A stretch of DNA of 64,000 nt, taken from assembly GCA_044070495.1 (NCBI GenBank), contig JBIPSI010000008.1, forward strand, positions 111,585 through 175,584. The letters are read 5' to 3'. The notes below the pieces were generated by a model. The model ran no database searches. It was not told the DNA's origin and saw nothing but the letters and a program-made list of their open reading frames with translations. The stretch comes from Spirulina sp. GTDB taxonomy: Bacteria; Cyanobacteriota; Cyanobacteriia; Phormidesmidales; Phormidesmidaceae. This document shows, in pieces, positions 40,477 through 51,754 of this stretch (positions are counted from its first letter, which is position 1; every line of letters starts with the position of its first letter). The position numbers were made by a program, and so were the translations under genes.

Positions 40477-41559
40477 GTGTTTAAGGTGTCAAGCAAATTA
40501 GGACGACGTGCGTTTTTAGGGGCTGGAGCCGCCGCTACCGCTGTGGCCTTGGGGGGGCTGAATCGTCAACCCGCCCAGGCTCAGTTTCGTTGGGGGCGGA
40601 ACCGAGGTCGGGTCGTGAACCTCTACTCCTCTCGCCACTACGATACCGACGAGCAGCTTTATGAGCGTTTCCGGGAAGCCACGGGGATTCGGATCAACGT
40701 GGTGGAAGCCGAGGCCGACCAACTGATTGAGCGGATTAAGAGCGAAGGCCAAAACAGCCCCGCCGACCTGCTGATGACCGTGGATGCGGGTCGTCTGTGG
40801 CGGGCCGAACAGGAAGGCATCTTCCAGCCGGTGACCTCCTCAGTGTTGACCGGGGCCATCCCCAGCAACCTGCGCCACCCCGGCGGCCTATGGTTTGGCC
40901 TCACCCAGCGGGCCAGGGTGATCATGTACCGCAAGGATCGGGTCAACCCCTCCGAGCTTTCCACCTACGAAGCCCTGGTGGATCCCAAGTGGCGGGGGCG
41001 CATCCTCACCCGTAGCTCCACCAATATCTACAGCCAGTCCCTAGTTGGATCCATGATTGCCGCCCACGGCGCAACGGATACCGAAACCTGGGCACGGGGC
41101 TTGGTGGCCAACTTTGCCCGCGATCCCCAGGGTGGCGACACCGACCAAATCAAAGCCGTGGCTGCTGGCCTGGGCGATCTGGCCATCTCCAACACCTACT
41201 ACCTCGCCCGCTTGCTCAAGTCCGACAATGCGGAAGATCGGGCTGTGGCCGAGGCCATCGGGGTGTTCTTCCCCAACCAAAACGACCGGGGCACCCACGT
41301 CAACATCAGTGGGGCGGGGCTGGTGAGCACGGCCCCCAACGCCGCATCGGCCATTGAGTTTCTGGAGTACCTGGTCAGTCCAGAGGCCCAGCGCATCTTT
41401 GCGGAGGGCAACAACGAATACCCCGTCGTGGAAGGTGTGGCCATTGACTCGGTGGTGGCCAGCTTTGGCGAATTTATTGCCGATCCCCTCAATGCCGCCG
41501 TCTTTGGCCGCAACAACCCCGAAGCCCTGCGCATCACCGACCGAGCAGGCTGGAAGTAA
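40477..41559 (+). CDS. futA: Fe(III) ABC transporter substrate-binding protein (FutA/IdiA), Tat signal
   Basis: GRRAFL Tat motif, [31 protein letters not shown]. Confidence 0.93.
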   Translation: MFKVSSKLGRRAFLGAGAAATAVALGGLNRQPAQAQFRWGRNRGRVVNLYSSRHYDTDEQLYERFREATGIRINVVEAEADQLIERIKSEGQNSPADLLMTVDAGRLWRAEQEGIFQPVTSSVLTGAIPSNLRHPGGLWFGLTQRARVIMYRKDRVNPSELSTYEALVDPKWRGRILTRSSTNIYSQSLVGSMIAAHGATDTETWARGLVANFARDPQGGDTDQIKAVAAGLGDLAISNTYYLARLLKSDNAEDRAVAEAIGVFFPNQNDRGTHVNISGAGLVSTAPNAASAIEFLEYLVSPEAQRIFAEGNNEYPVVEGVAIDSVVASFGEFIADPLNAAVFGRNNPEALRITDRAGWK

Positions 41560-41583
41560 CCCCCAGCCCCTTTCCCAAGAGGG

Positions 41584-41879
41584 CTGCTGTGTACACATAA
41601 GTCTTGACGTAGACGATATAGGGGTTCGATCCCCCCTAGCCCCCCTTAAGAAGGGGGGAACCGGAATCAAAGTCCCCCTTTTTATAGACGCTTGCGGCTT
41701 CCCGCAGGGTAGGGGGATTTAGGGGGATCTCCAAGGACTTGCGGCCTAAAAACAAGATGTGTATACACAGTAGCCCAGGGCGGGAGAGAGAGCCGGAAAG
41801 TCTTGTTTGGCCTCCCTCTCGCCCAAAAATGGGCGAGAGGGACTGAGGGGGTGAGGGCCGAGATGTGTGTACACAGTAG
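41584..41879. mobile_element. Composite MITE with Tn5/IS50-like ends (copy 3; one left end, two right ends)
   Basis: Left end CTGCTGTGTACACATAAGT; right ends finishing at 41773 and 41879; flanks CCCAAGAGGG / CCCAGGAGGG. Confidence 0.85.
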
Positions 41880-42243
41880 CCCAGGAGGGAGAGGGGAACT
41901 GGATTGGTTCAGGTGTTGTTGCAAGAACCGCCAGGGTTGTCCATGGGCAAAGTCACCCTCAGCACTAGGAAACTACGTTAAGACTTGGGCCGGATTGTCA
42001 GGGGCGATACGGTCGTGGTGGGTGGCCCTTGCTAGGGTAGAGGGGTATTCTCTAGCCACAAAATACCTTTCGGTTCAGTGTTTTAATACCTTAGCGACCT
42101 TTTGTTGCTTCCACTACCTTTTCAGCGCATTTAGGTTTTGAGCGCACATTTAACTTTATTACGTTCCCCCCTGTAGGCATTAAAAATAAAAAAGAGGGAA
42201 CTATAACAGTGGTTGACCTTTCACTTCAGGATACGTACAGGTC

Positions 42244-42492
42244 ATGGAAATTCCCCAAGCCATCATCGACGATCTCATTTTGACCCTCCATCAGTCCCAG
42301 CGATCTACAGTATTGATCGGCGGCACCAGCGGTCAAGCGGCCCACGATGTCACCCTTCACAGCCAAAACCGTCGCCATCGTCAGCAGCAGCAGGCCATTG
42401 CCTCGGCTATCGGTGCCGTGATTGAGTTTGCCAGCGAAGACGTGCAGACCCGCCTAGCCTCCAGCTATCAGAAGTCTGCTAGTTTGCCCTAG
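42244..42492 (+). CDS. Hypothetical protein (82 aa)
   Basis: ATG ORF with AT-rich upstream region and plausible composition. Confidence 0.55.
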   Translation: MEIPQAIIDDLILTLHQSQRSTVLIGGTSGQAAHDVTLHSQNRRHRQQQQAIASAIGAVIEFASEDVQTRLASSYQKSASLP

Positions 42493-42567
42493 GCTTGGTT
42501 CTTCCCGACCCCAAAGCGGTTAAGATGCCACGGTACTCTCTACCATCCCTCTAGGGGTTAGGGTTGC

Positions 42568-43800
42568 ATGGCCATCACTTTAAAGCTTTGGCGTCAGGAT
42601 TTGGGGCGCTTTTCTCGACAATATCTCATCTATTTTCTGCCGATTACCTTTCTGATTTATCTCACCCTAGAGAGCTATCAGATCGACTTTCGCAGCTTTT
42701 ACCTGGCAGGCAAATCGGTGCTGTTTGGGCTTGATCCCTACCTAAACTATGTGGGAATACGGCCTGAGTTCTATGGCCCCATTAATGCCGAAACAGCCCC
42801 CTATTCAGGCTTTCGCTATCCTCCCTTTGCGGCGCTTATGTTTGCGCCCTTGGCCCTGTTTCCCTACGCCGTTGCCAAGGCCCTCTTCACCCTGACGATG
42901 TTGATTAGCCTGGGCCTGTTGGGGTTTGGCCTGGTGCGGCGCAGTCGGTTTGCCATCCCCGGCGAGGCGCTGCTGTTTATGATGGTCAGCTTTCCGGTGC
43001 TGGCCCTGGTGGAGCGGGGGCAGGTGGACAGCGCCCTGGTGTACCTGATTGTTCTGGCCTATTGGGCCAGCCAACACCGCTATGGAAGTTGGCTGGCGGC
43101 CCTGTTCATTGGGGCGGCTGGCGCACTCAAGATTTTTCCCATCGTGGCGCTGGTGTTCTATGCCATGCGACGCCAGTGGCGGCTGGTGGCGGCGGCGCTG
43201 CTGTGGGCGGCAGGGCTGGTGCTGGTTCCCTACCTCTATTTTGGCAACGAGGTCTATGGCCACTTCTTACAGCGCACGTTTCCGGCCTATTTTGGCGAAA
43301 TCACCACCGATCTGCCGATGAGTTTGCACAATCAGGGGGTGGCCCTCAACAAGGTGGTGATCTCCATGGACGCCGATAACCTGATTGCCACCCACGATTT
43401 TGTCAATGGTTTTATGAATCCCTTGCTGAATAGCAGCACCCTGGGATCGCTGATCTCCGGTACCGTGCTGACGGTGCTGCTGCTGATTGCCCTCCACCGT
43501 TGCCCTGTGGATATGCAGTTCTATGGTCTGCTGAATGTGATTAACCTATTCAATCCAGTGGCCTGGATTATGGGCTTGGTGTGGCATATCCCCCTATTTT
43601 TGTATCTATATCCCCGTGCGACACGATTGGGCCAGTTTTTACTGTTGCTACCGCTGTTTTTACCGCCGTTTCTCAATGCTAGCGCTGTGGCGGCCTATGT
43701 GTTCACGGTGGTCTTTGCCCTGGCCCATCGGTGGCCCCCCTTGGCGCGTCATTTGCTGATCCCTGCCCAGGAAGCCGCCACGATGGATAATTCGCCCTAG
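42568..43800 (+). CDS. GT87/DUF2029-family membrane glycosyltransferase
   Basis: DFRSFY, DPY, YPP, GQVD, LKIFP in a multi-TM protein. Confidence 0.82.
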   Translation: MAITLKLWRQDLGRFSRQYLIYFLPITFLIYLTLESYQIDFRSFYLAGKSVLFGLDPYLNYVGIRPEFYGPINAETAPYSGFRYPPFAALMFAPLALFPYAVAKALFTLTMLISLGLLGFGLVRRSRFAIPGEALLFMMVSFPVLALVERGQVDSALVYLIVLAYWASQHRYGSWLAALFIGAAGALKIFPIVALVFYAMRRQWRLVAAALLWAAGLVLVPYLYFGNEVYGHFLQRTFPAYFGEITTDLPMSLHNQGVALNKVVISMDADNLIATHDFVNGFMNPLLNSSTLGSLISGTVLTVLLLIALHRCPVDMQFYGLLNVINLFNPVAWIMGLVWHIPLFLYLYPRATRLGQFLLLLPLFLPPFLNASAVAAYVFTVVFALAHRWPPLARHLLIPAQEAATMDNSP

Positions 43801-44039
43801 GGTGCCGAGCAGGGTTGGCTATCAACACAACCTAAAGGGAGATCGGGGGCATTAAGAACGGCGGGAACCTAAGGCCCTAGTCCATCGACATAGGAACGAG
43901 GGATTCCCTAAGCTGTTGGAAAACTGGGCGGGGGCTAGGCTCCGTAGATCACAACGTCCCCAAAGCCACTCGTACGGAAAGCTTTGGTGGTTTCCATCTC
44001 CTTTCATCCATCACCCATCTCCTACTGGGAGAATTCGCC

Positions 44040-46019
44040 ATGGTACGCAGAACCGCTAAACGCTTTTTGGCCTTGGCCCTTGCCGCCTACAGTTTGGCCT
44101 TGGTGATCAATGTTGGCTATGGTTTCAGCCGTCCCACCTGGGCCGCTGATCCATCTCCTGGCATGATCGTGCCCAAAAGCAAATCGCTGGATCATGGCAG
44201 TATCCCGCCCACGGATTCCCCCCTTCCCTCGCCTGCGCCGACCCCTGCGGTGATGTCTTCGGAGGTTGTGGCGGAGTCGCCCTTAGAGTCCATCGACGCG
44301 CCAGGATTACCAGTCCCAGGGGATCCGGCTGACCTAGGAATTGGCTCCACCCAGGAAGCCATCACCGAGATTCGCCCAGAGCCACTCGCCTCATATCTGC
44401 CGGAAGCGACTACGGCGCAAGTCCCCACAACGGGATCAGTCCCCGCGACCACCCAGAATCCCTCAATTGCCCAGAATCCCACGCCATCCCAAGGGCCAGC
44501 GCCAGAGGTTGCACCAGAACCCAATGCCGAACAGGATGCAGAAGCCGTCCAGGAGTCGGCAGCGGAGCCGTCCCAGACAGAAGGCGGGTCATCGGATGCG
44601 GCAGTGGCGATGGCCGAGTTGTTCATCGGGCTTTCCCCGGAACAGGCCAAACGTAGCGAGCTGTTAATGGCGGCGGATCGGTACCTATTGGCGGGGGATC
44701 AGGCGGCGGCCAATGCCCTCTACCGTCAGGCCAAGGAGGCCAAGTGGCTGGCGGAAATGACCAGCGGCGAGGCTATTGTGCCCATCACCAACCCCGAAGA
44801 TCTGCCCCCAGCAGGTCGGGTCTATTGGCGAGAGGCCCAGGCGGGTTTGGAGTCTGGCTTCCCGAACCGGGTGCTGGTGCCCCTAGAACTTTTGGTCAAG
44901 GACTATCCCGACTTTTTGCCTGCCCAGTCGCTCTACGCCCGCTACCTGATTCAGCAGGAGCGCACGGAGGAGGCGCAGCAGCTTTTGGAAGCCATCGCCC
45001 TGCGGTTTCCCTACCATCCCGATATTCTGCGGGCGCAGATTCAGCTTCAAATGGCCCAGGAAAAGTGGATTGAAGCGGCCATCACCGCCAACCAGTTTGC
45101 CCTGCTTAACCCCGAACACCCCGATGCCGGAGCCATGGAGCAACTAGCCGAGGAAAACCTAAGCCGCTTTCGGGGGGAGATCAACGCCAACCTCACCCGC
45201 AACCTGGTGACCAACATTATTACGGGGGCCGCTAGCTATTTCCTCACAGGCGGCTTGTTTGGCCCCTTCACCGCCATTAACTCAGGCATTTTACTGATGC
45301 AGGGGGAAAGTGCCCTAGGCCAGCAGGTGGCGGATCAGGTCAAACGCCAGGTGCCCATCGTCAGCGATCCAGAGGTACGCGCCTACGTCAACGAGGTGGG
45401 CCAAAAGCTAGCGGCCCTGGCCGGACGGGACGAATTCAACTACACCTTCGAGGTGGTGATGGACGACAGCCTCAATGCCTTTGCCCTACCGGGGGGCAAG
45501 ATTTTCATCAACGCTGGAGCCATCACCAACAGCTACTCCGAGGCCGAACTGGCCGGACTCTTGGGCCATGAAATTTCCCATGCAGTGCTGTCCCACGGCT
45601 TCCAAATGGTGACCCAGGGCAACCTCACCGCCAGCCTCGCGGCCTTTATTCCCATCCCAGAGGTGGCCAACATTGCCGCCAACCTGATTGTGGCCAGCTA
45701 TTCCCGCGATATGGAGCGACAGTCCGATATTTTGGGCACCAAGTTGTTGTCCACCGGGAACTATGCGGCGGATGGACTCCACAACCTAATGGCCACCCTA
45801 GAGACTGAGTACGGCAACCGCAGCGTCACCTGGTTTGCCTCCCACCCCAACCCTAGGGATCGGATTAGCTATCTCAAGCAACTCATTGATCAGGGCGGCT
45901 TCGAGCGCTACACCTACGAGGGCGTGGAAAAACACCTGAATATACGCAAAAAGACGATGCAGCTGATCAACGAATATCGCCTAGAGAACAGCCGCCAAGA
46001 CAAGCTGCCCCGGCGCTAA
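44040..46019 (+). CDS. M48-family metallopeptidase with TPR-like region
   Basis: NAFALPGG, HEISH, YSRDME, SHP. Confidence 0.88.
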   Translation: MVRRTAKRFLALALAAYSLALVINVGYGFSRPTWAADPSPGMIVPKSKSLDHGSIPPTDSPLPSPAPTPAVMSSEVVAESPLESIDAPGLPVPGDPADLGIGSTQEAITEIRPEPLASYLPEATTAQVPTTGSVPATTQNPSIAQNPTPSQGPAPEVAPEPNAEQDAEAVQESAAEPSQTEGGSSDAAVAMAELFIGLSPEQAKRSELLMAADRYLLAGDQAAANALYRQAKEAKWLAEMTSGEAIVPITNPEDLPPAGRVYWREAQAGLESGFPNRVLVPLELLVKDYPDFLPAQSLYARYLIQQERTEEAQQLLEAIALRFPYHPDILRAQIQLQMAQEKWIEAAITANQFALLNPEHPDAGAMEQLAEENLSRFRGEINANLTRNLVTNIITGAASYFLTGGLFGPFTAINSGILLMQGESALGQQVADQVKRQVPIVSDPEVRAYVNEVGQKLAALAGRDEFNYTFEVVMDDSLNAFALPGGKIFINAGAITNSYSEAELAGLLGHEISHAVLSHGFQMVTQGNLTASLAAFIPIPEVANIAANLIVASYSRDMERQSDILGTKLLSTGNYAADGLHNLMATLETEYGNRSVTWFASHPNPRDRISYLKQLIDQGGFERYTYEGVEKHLNIRKKTMQLINEYRLENSRQDKLPRR

Positions 46020-46118
46020 TAGCCTAGGCAGTCCCCTGGGAAAGGATCTGGAATATCGCTGGATTCCCACAGGGCAGGCGATAGCATCGCAAAAAACGTG
46101 TTTGGGATCGAGGGAAGG

Positions 46119-46208
46119 TATACCAAGTCCGAATTCCGTAACCCCGATTCCCAACAGAGAGATTTTTACCCTTGGGGATGTCGCGCTAGCGGCATGGACG
46201 ATTGGTAT
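46119..46208. repeat. Short element with ATACCAA/TTGGTAT ends, related to 1899-2041
   Basis: TCCGAATTCCGTAACCCCGATTCCC matches the reverse complement of 2017-2041 at 23/25. Confidence 0.55.
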
Positions 46209-46230
46209 GAGGCGATAGCAGCAGGTTGCC

Positions 46231-46265
46231 AAAAACAAAGGGGGAAGACTTTTGAGTCTTCCCCC
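46231..46265 (-). terminator. Intrinsic terminator of purA-rplY
   Basis: GGGGGAAGACT-tttg-AGTCTTCCCCC 11-bp stem with A-tract on its left (U-tract on minus strand). Confidence 0.8.
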
Positions 46266-46332
46266 ACGGCCGTCTTAACCTCTCAAGTGAGTTGGTTGGG
46301 TCGCGAAGCCGCCCAACCCCAACCTCCCCAAC

Positions 46333-46887
46333 CTAGCCCTGAAGCACGCTAGCGATGATTTGGCTTTGATCGCCAGCCACAACAGCCCCCTCCGGCAGGT
46401 TGAGATCAGCCACCGTGAGGGCATCGCCAACGGCCAGCCCAGACACATCCACATCGATCACCTCAGGAATATCCACCACCTTACACTTGACGGTGACCTC
46501 GTTCACTTCGGTGTTCAGCATTCCGCCACCGTCCTTCACGCCTACGGGCTCACCCACAAAATTCAGAGTCACGCCCACTTCTACGGCATCCTGGGCCTTC
46601 ACGGCAAAAAAGCTGAGGTGATAGACCAGATTCTTCCAGGGATGGGTCTGCACCTCCCGCAGCAGCGCCTTGCCGCTCCAGGGCATATCGGGCACATTGA
46701 TATCGATCATGGTGTTGTTGATGGCCACCTTGCGCAGCAACAGATCCGCCGCCTTTTGATCCAGGGTTAGCTCCATCGACTCCGTGCCGTTGTGGCCATA
46801 GAGCACCGCAGGCAGCAGGCCCTCCCGGCGCAGAGCATTGGGCTTCGCCTTCGGATCCCGCGCTTTACATTCAATGGTCAGTTCCAT
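46333..46887 (-). CDS. rplY: 50S ribosomal protein L25/Ctc
   Basis: LRREGLLPAVLYG, EVQTHP, GEPVGVKDGG. Confidence 0.95.
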   Translation of the reverse strand: MELTIECKARDPKAKPNALRREGLLPAVLYGHNGTESMELTLDQKAADLLLRKVAINNTMIDINVPDMPWSGKALLREVQTHPWKNLVYHLSFFAVKAQDAVEVGVTLNFVGEPVGVKDGGGMLNTEVNEVTVKCKVVDIPEVIDVDVSGLAVGDALTVADLNLPEGAVVAGDQSQIIASVLQG

Positions 46888-46941
46888 AGCAATCTCCCCC
46901 GTAGGTAATTCAATGAAAGGTCAAAAACAGGTTTCGCTATC

Positions 46942-48282
<1,341 letters not shown>

Positions 48283-48493
48283 CTAGACTCTTAAGTTCAC
48301 ACAAATTCCCATTATCATCAGCAATGGACCCCACTGTCAACTTTTAAAAATTAAGAACTGTCCAGGCCCAACGGTCTAAAGCGTGGCTCCCTGGCCCCTC
48401 CCTCGGTTTCGCATTTTAGGATTTTATATCCTAGGCAGCCGTCGCATAATAGCAGTGTGGGCAAACGATTTGGTCTTCGGGAAACCTGGAAGG

Positions 48494-48531
48494 CTGAAGG
48501 CCAGTCTTCCTACTGAAGGCCAGTCTTCCTA
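48494..48531 (+). repeat. Perfect 19-bp tandem duplication
   Basis: CTGAAGGCCAGTCTTCCTA x2. Confidence 0.85.
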
Positions 48532-48699
48532 ACTTACGCGAAGCATCGGATCCGGCTGAGGGTATCCCTTACGGAAATGGTTTCTAAAGTTTCCAGGATA
48601 TACTCAGCAACGATACGGATATAAAGGTTGGGGAGTACCGACCAGCCTAGGTTGAGGCGGGTGGGGTTAGCCCAAGGCAGATTGAGTTAAGGGCAGATA

Positions 48700-50187
48700 G
48701 TGAGTTCTATGCGGCAATGTTGGTGTGGAAATAATCAGTTCATCCCCTTCGGGCCTGAGTATGGAGAATGCCGAGTGTGTGGCACCCTGGTTTCGCTCAA
48801 TTCCCTATCCGACGAAGAACTGGTCGTGAAGGATGATGAAACCGACTTCTATGGCAAGCAATATTGGTTGCAGCATCAGGATCAAGATTTAGGGTTTCCT
48901 GACATTCATGCCCGTGCCCGCTATGATCTGACAGAGCGTAATCTCCACTGGCTGAAAACGCTTCTGCGCTATAGTTTGCCACCGGCCAAGGTGCTGGAAC
49001 TGGGCTGTAGCCACGGTAGCTTTGTGGCGCTGATGCAGCAAACGGGCTACGCGGCGGCGGGGCTGGAGATGAGCCAGTGGGTGGTCTCCTTTGGCCAAGA
49101 CACCTTTGGTATCCCCATGCATCTAGGGCCGGTGGAGGAAACCGATATCCCCCCAGGAAGTCTAGATGTCATTGCTTTGATGGACGTTCTAGAGCATTTA
49201 CCCGATCCAGAGGCAACGTTGAGGCACTGCGCTAAGTTGCTCAAATCCGATGGGTTTTTACTGATTCAAACCCCCCACTACCAGCCAGAAGTCACCTATC
49301 AAGATCTAGAGGCCTCGCAGTCGCGATTTTTAGAACAGCTTAAGGCCGATGAGCATTTGTACTTGTTTAGCCAGGGGGCGGTTCAGGCCTGTCTCAAACG
49401 GGCTGGATTCGAGCATGTGTATTACGAACCGGCCATTTTTGACGTTTACGATATGGCCCTGATTGCCAGCAAGGTGCCCCGTACCCCTAACGCCCAAGCC
49501 ACCATTGAAGCGGCACTGTTGTCCCATCCCCACAGCCGCATGAGTCTGGCTCTGCTAGATTTGCGGGAGCGAGAACTTGCCCTGCTAAGGGACTTGGACG
49601 ACTCTCGCAAAGACGGGGCAGATCGCCTCAAGCAAATTCATGTCCTCACCGCCCAGTTGCAAGAGTCGCAGCAGGATCGGGCGGATCGCCTTCAGCAGGT
49701 GCATACCCTGACGGCACAGTTGCAGGCATCAGAACAGGATCGCGCCGATCGCCTTGAGCAAGTTCAGACCCTGACTCAGTTGTTGCAGGTGTCGGAACAG
49801 GATCGCGCCGATCGGCTCCAGCAAATTCAGACCCTGACCCAGCAATTGCGGGAGTCGGAGCAGGAGCGAGAGTCGAGCCTGAAGCAGATGTGTATTCTGT
49901 TGCAGCAGTTCCAGCAGTCCATGCAGGAACGTCAGGCTTTGAGGGAAGAGGTAGATCGATTGACCCAAGGCTGGCAGGACGCTGATCGGGATCGGGCGGA
50001 GTACCTTACCCAGGTTCAGCATCTCACGCACTATGTGAAGGACTTGGAGGAAAAACTGACCCACCAGCAATCCCACCTGCAAACTCTCCAGCAAATGTTG
50101 CAGGAGTCGGAACAGGATCGAGCGGCGCGGTTTGATCAGATCCAGGCGCTAACGAATTGGCTGAAGGAAGCGCGGGGCGAAGCCTAG
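48700..50187 (+). CDS. Class I SAM methyltransferase with N-terminal Cys motif and C-terminal 21-aa coiled-coil repeats
   Basis: CWC..CRVC, VLELGCSHG, DVLEHL, IQTP; SEQDRADRLQQIQTLTQQL repeats. Confidence 0.85.
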   Translation: MSSMRQCWCGNNQFIPFGPEYGECRVCGTLVSLNSLSDEELVVKDDETDFYGKQYWLQHQDQDLGFPDIHARARYDLTERNLHWLKTLLRYSLPPAKVLELGCSHGSFVALMQQTGYAAAGLEMSQWVVSFGQDTFGIPMHLGPVEETDIPPGSLDVIALMDVLEHLPDPEATLRHCAKLLKSDGFLLIQTPHYQPEVTYQDLEASQSRFLEQLKADEHLYLFSQGAVQACLKRAGFEHVYYEPAIFDVYDMALIASKVPRTPNAQATIEAALLSHPHSRMSLALLDLRERELALLRDLDDSRKDGADRLKQIHVLTAQLQESQQDRADRLQQVHTLTAQLQASEQDRADRLEQVQTLTQLLQVSEQDRADRLQQIQTLTQQLRESEQERESSLKQMCILLQQFQQSMQERQALREEVDRLTQGWQDADRDRAEYLTQVQHLTHYVKDLEEKLTHQQSHLQTLQQMLQESEQDRAARFDQIQALTNWLKEARGEA

Positions 50188-50288
50188 GTCATGGTTTGTT
50201 TTCCTACTGTCTTGCCCATCGTGACGCTTCGGGCTAAGCTAAGTTGCCATTGCCTGACGATTGGAGCCAGCTTGTCTGCACATTCTGT

Positions 50289-51749
50289 ATGAGTCAATCC
50301 CGTAAGGTTAAGGTTGCGATAGATTTAACGCCTCTGCGTCCTGGAGGAGAAAATGGCGGCGCAAAAACCCTCGTTGTCACACTATTGCGTGAATTTGCTC
50401 AATGTCGATCCGCTGAATTTGAGTATTTACTGATTGCCGAAACTTGGAATTACGAAGAATTACGCAGTTTTGAGGCCCCCAATCTTCGCTGCTGCCTCCA
50501 AGCCGATCTACCGAATGCCCCTGATTTATCCATCGCTGAGCCGACGGAAGCTAGGGAGGTAGCGGCGGTTTCTCCCCCGCCCGTCCGCCCCGCCCACCCC
50601 TTCAAGGCGCGGTTAAAGGGGAGCCTCAAGCGCGGATTGAAACGGAGTCTAGGCCTCGTGATGCGCCTAGCTCAGCCCATTCTGCGCCAGGAGAATCGAG
50701 TTGTACAGCGGCTTAAATCGGCCACAAAACGACGAATTCTAGCCTTGCCCTCCGGGGCAGAACTACTGCCTACGCCCCCCCAGACACCCGTGGATTTGGT
50801 GCCGCAGCCCCTTCCTACCACCCGGATTCTCAAGGATCGTCACCACATTGATCTGCTTTTTTGTCCCTTTTCTTCTCCCCATCTAGCGGAAGAGGGATTA
50901 CCTTTAGTGGCCATTGCCTACGATCTTCAGCATTTGGATTTGCCGTTTTTTTTCACCCCCGAAGAAGCGCTCCATCGCAATCAGTTTCTGCGCAATTTAG
51001 TGGATCGTGCGGATCGAATCATCTGCATTTCTAACTTCACAAAGCAGAGTTTTATCCAGCATTTGAAAGCTGAAGCCAGCCAACTGATTGCGGTGCCCAT
51101 TTGCATCCACGAACGGCTAACGCCCCAGGCCGATGAGGTGGTTGCCGAGCGACTGAATAAGCTGGGTCTCCAGGTCAATCAGTATCTCTACTTCCCCGCC
51201 AACTTTTGGCCCCATAAGAACCATCGAATGTTGTTAACAGCCTATTCGATCTATCGCCATCGCTACCCCGACCAAGCCCTAGATCTAGTCTTTACCGGGG
51301 CGCTAGAGGGGCCTCAGGCCGAGCTTCAGGAAGTGGTGGATCTACTGGACTATACCGAGTACGTGCATTTCCTTGGCTTTTTGGACGAGGTAGACCTCGT
51401 AGCGCTCTGGCAGGGGTGTCGGGGATTAATCTTCCCGTCCCTGTATGAGGGGTTTGGTATTCCGGTGCTGGAGGCCATGTGGTTTGACAAGGCGGTGGCC
51501 TGTAGTACCGTGGGCAGCTTGCCGGAGGTGGGCGGGGAAGCGGTGATCTATTTTGACCCCCGCAAGCCAGAGGAGATTGCGACAGCGATGGAACAGCTCA
51601 CCAGCGATACGGAACTGACCCAATCCCTGCGGGCGGTGGCCCAAGACTGGGTGCGTCACTTTGGCCAGCGGGCCATGGCTGAACAATACCTGGCGATCTT
51701 TGATGAGGTTCTCAACGCTGTCCATACACCGACGGGGAGTGCAAGTTAA
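50289..51749 (+). CDS. GT4 glycosyltransferase
   Basis: YDLQH, WPHKNH, PSLYEGFGIPVLEAM. Confidence 0.9.
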   Translation: MSQSRKVKVAIDLTPLRPGGENGGAKTLVVTLLREFAQCRSAEFEYLLIAETWNYEELRSFEAPNLRCCLQADLPNAPDLSIAEPTEAREVAAVSPPPVRPAHPFKARLKGSLKRGLKRSLGLVMRLAQPILRQENRVVQRLKSATKRRILALPSGAELLPTPPQTPVDLVPQPLPTTRILKDRHHIDLLFCPFSSPHLAEEGLPLVAIAYDLQHLDLPFFFTPEEALHRNQFLRNLVDRADRIICISNFTKQSFIQHLKAEASQLIAVPICIHERLTPQADEVVAERLNKLGLQVNQYLYFPANFWPHKNHRMLLTAYSIYRHRYPDQALDLVFTGALEGPQAELQEVVDLLDYTEYVHFLGFLDEVDLVALWQGCRGLIFPSLYEGFGIPVLEAMWFDKAVACSTVGSLPEVGGEAVIYFDPRKPEEIATAMEQLTSDTELTQSLRAVAQDWVRHFGQRAMAEQYLAIFDEVLNAVHTPTGSAS

Positions 51750-51754
51750 CGGCC

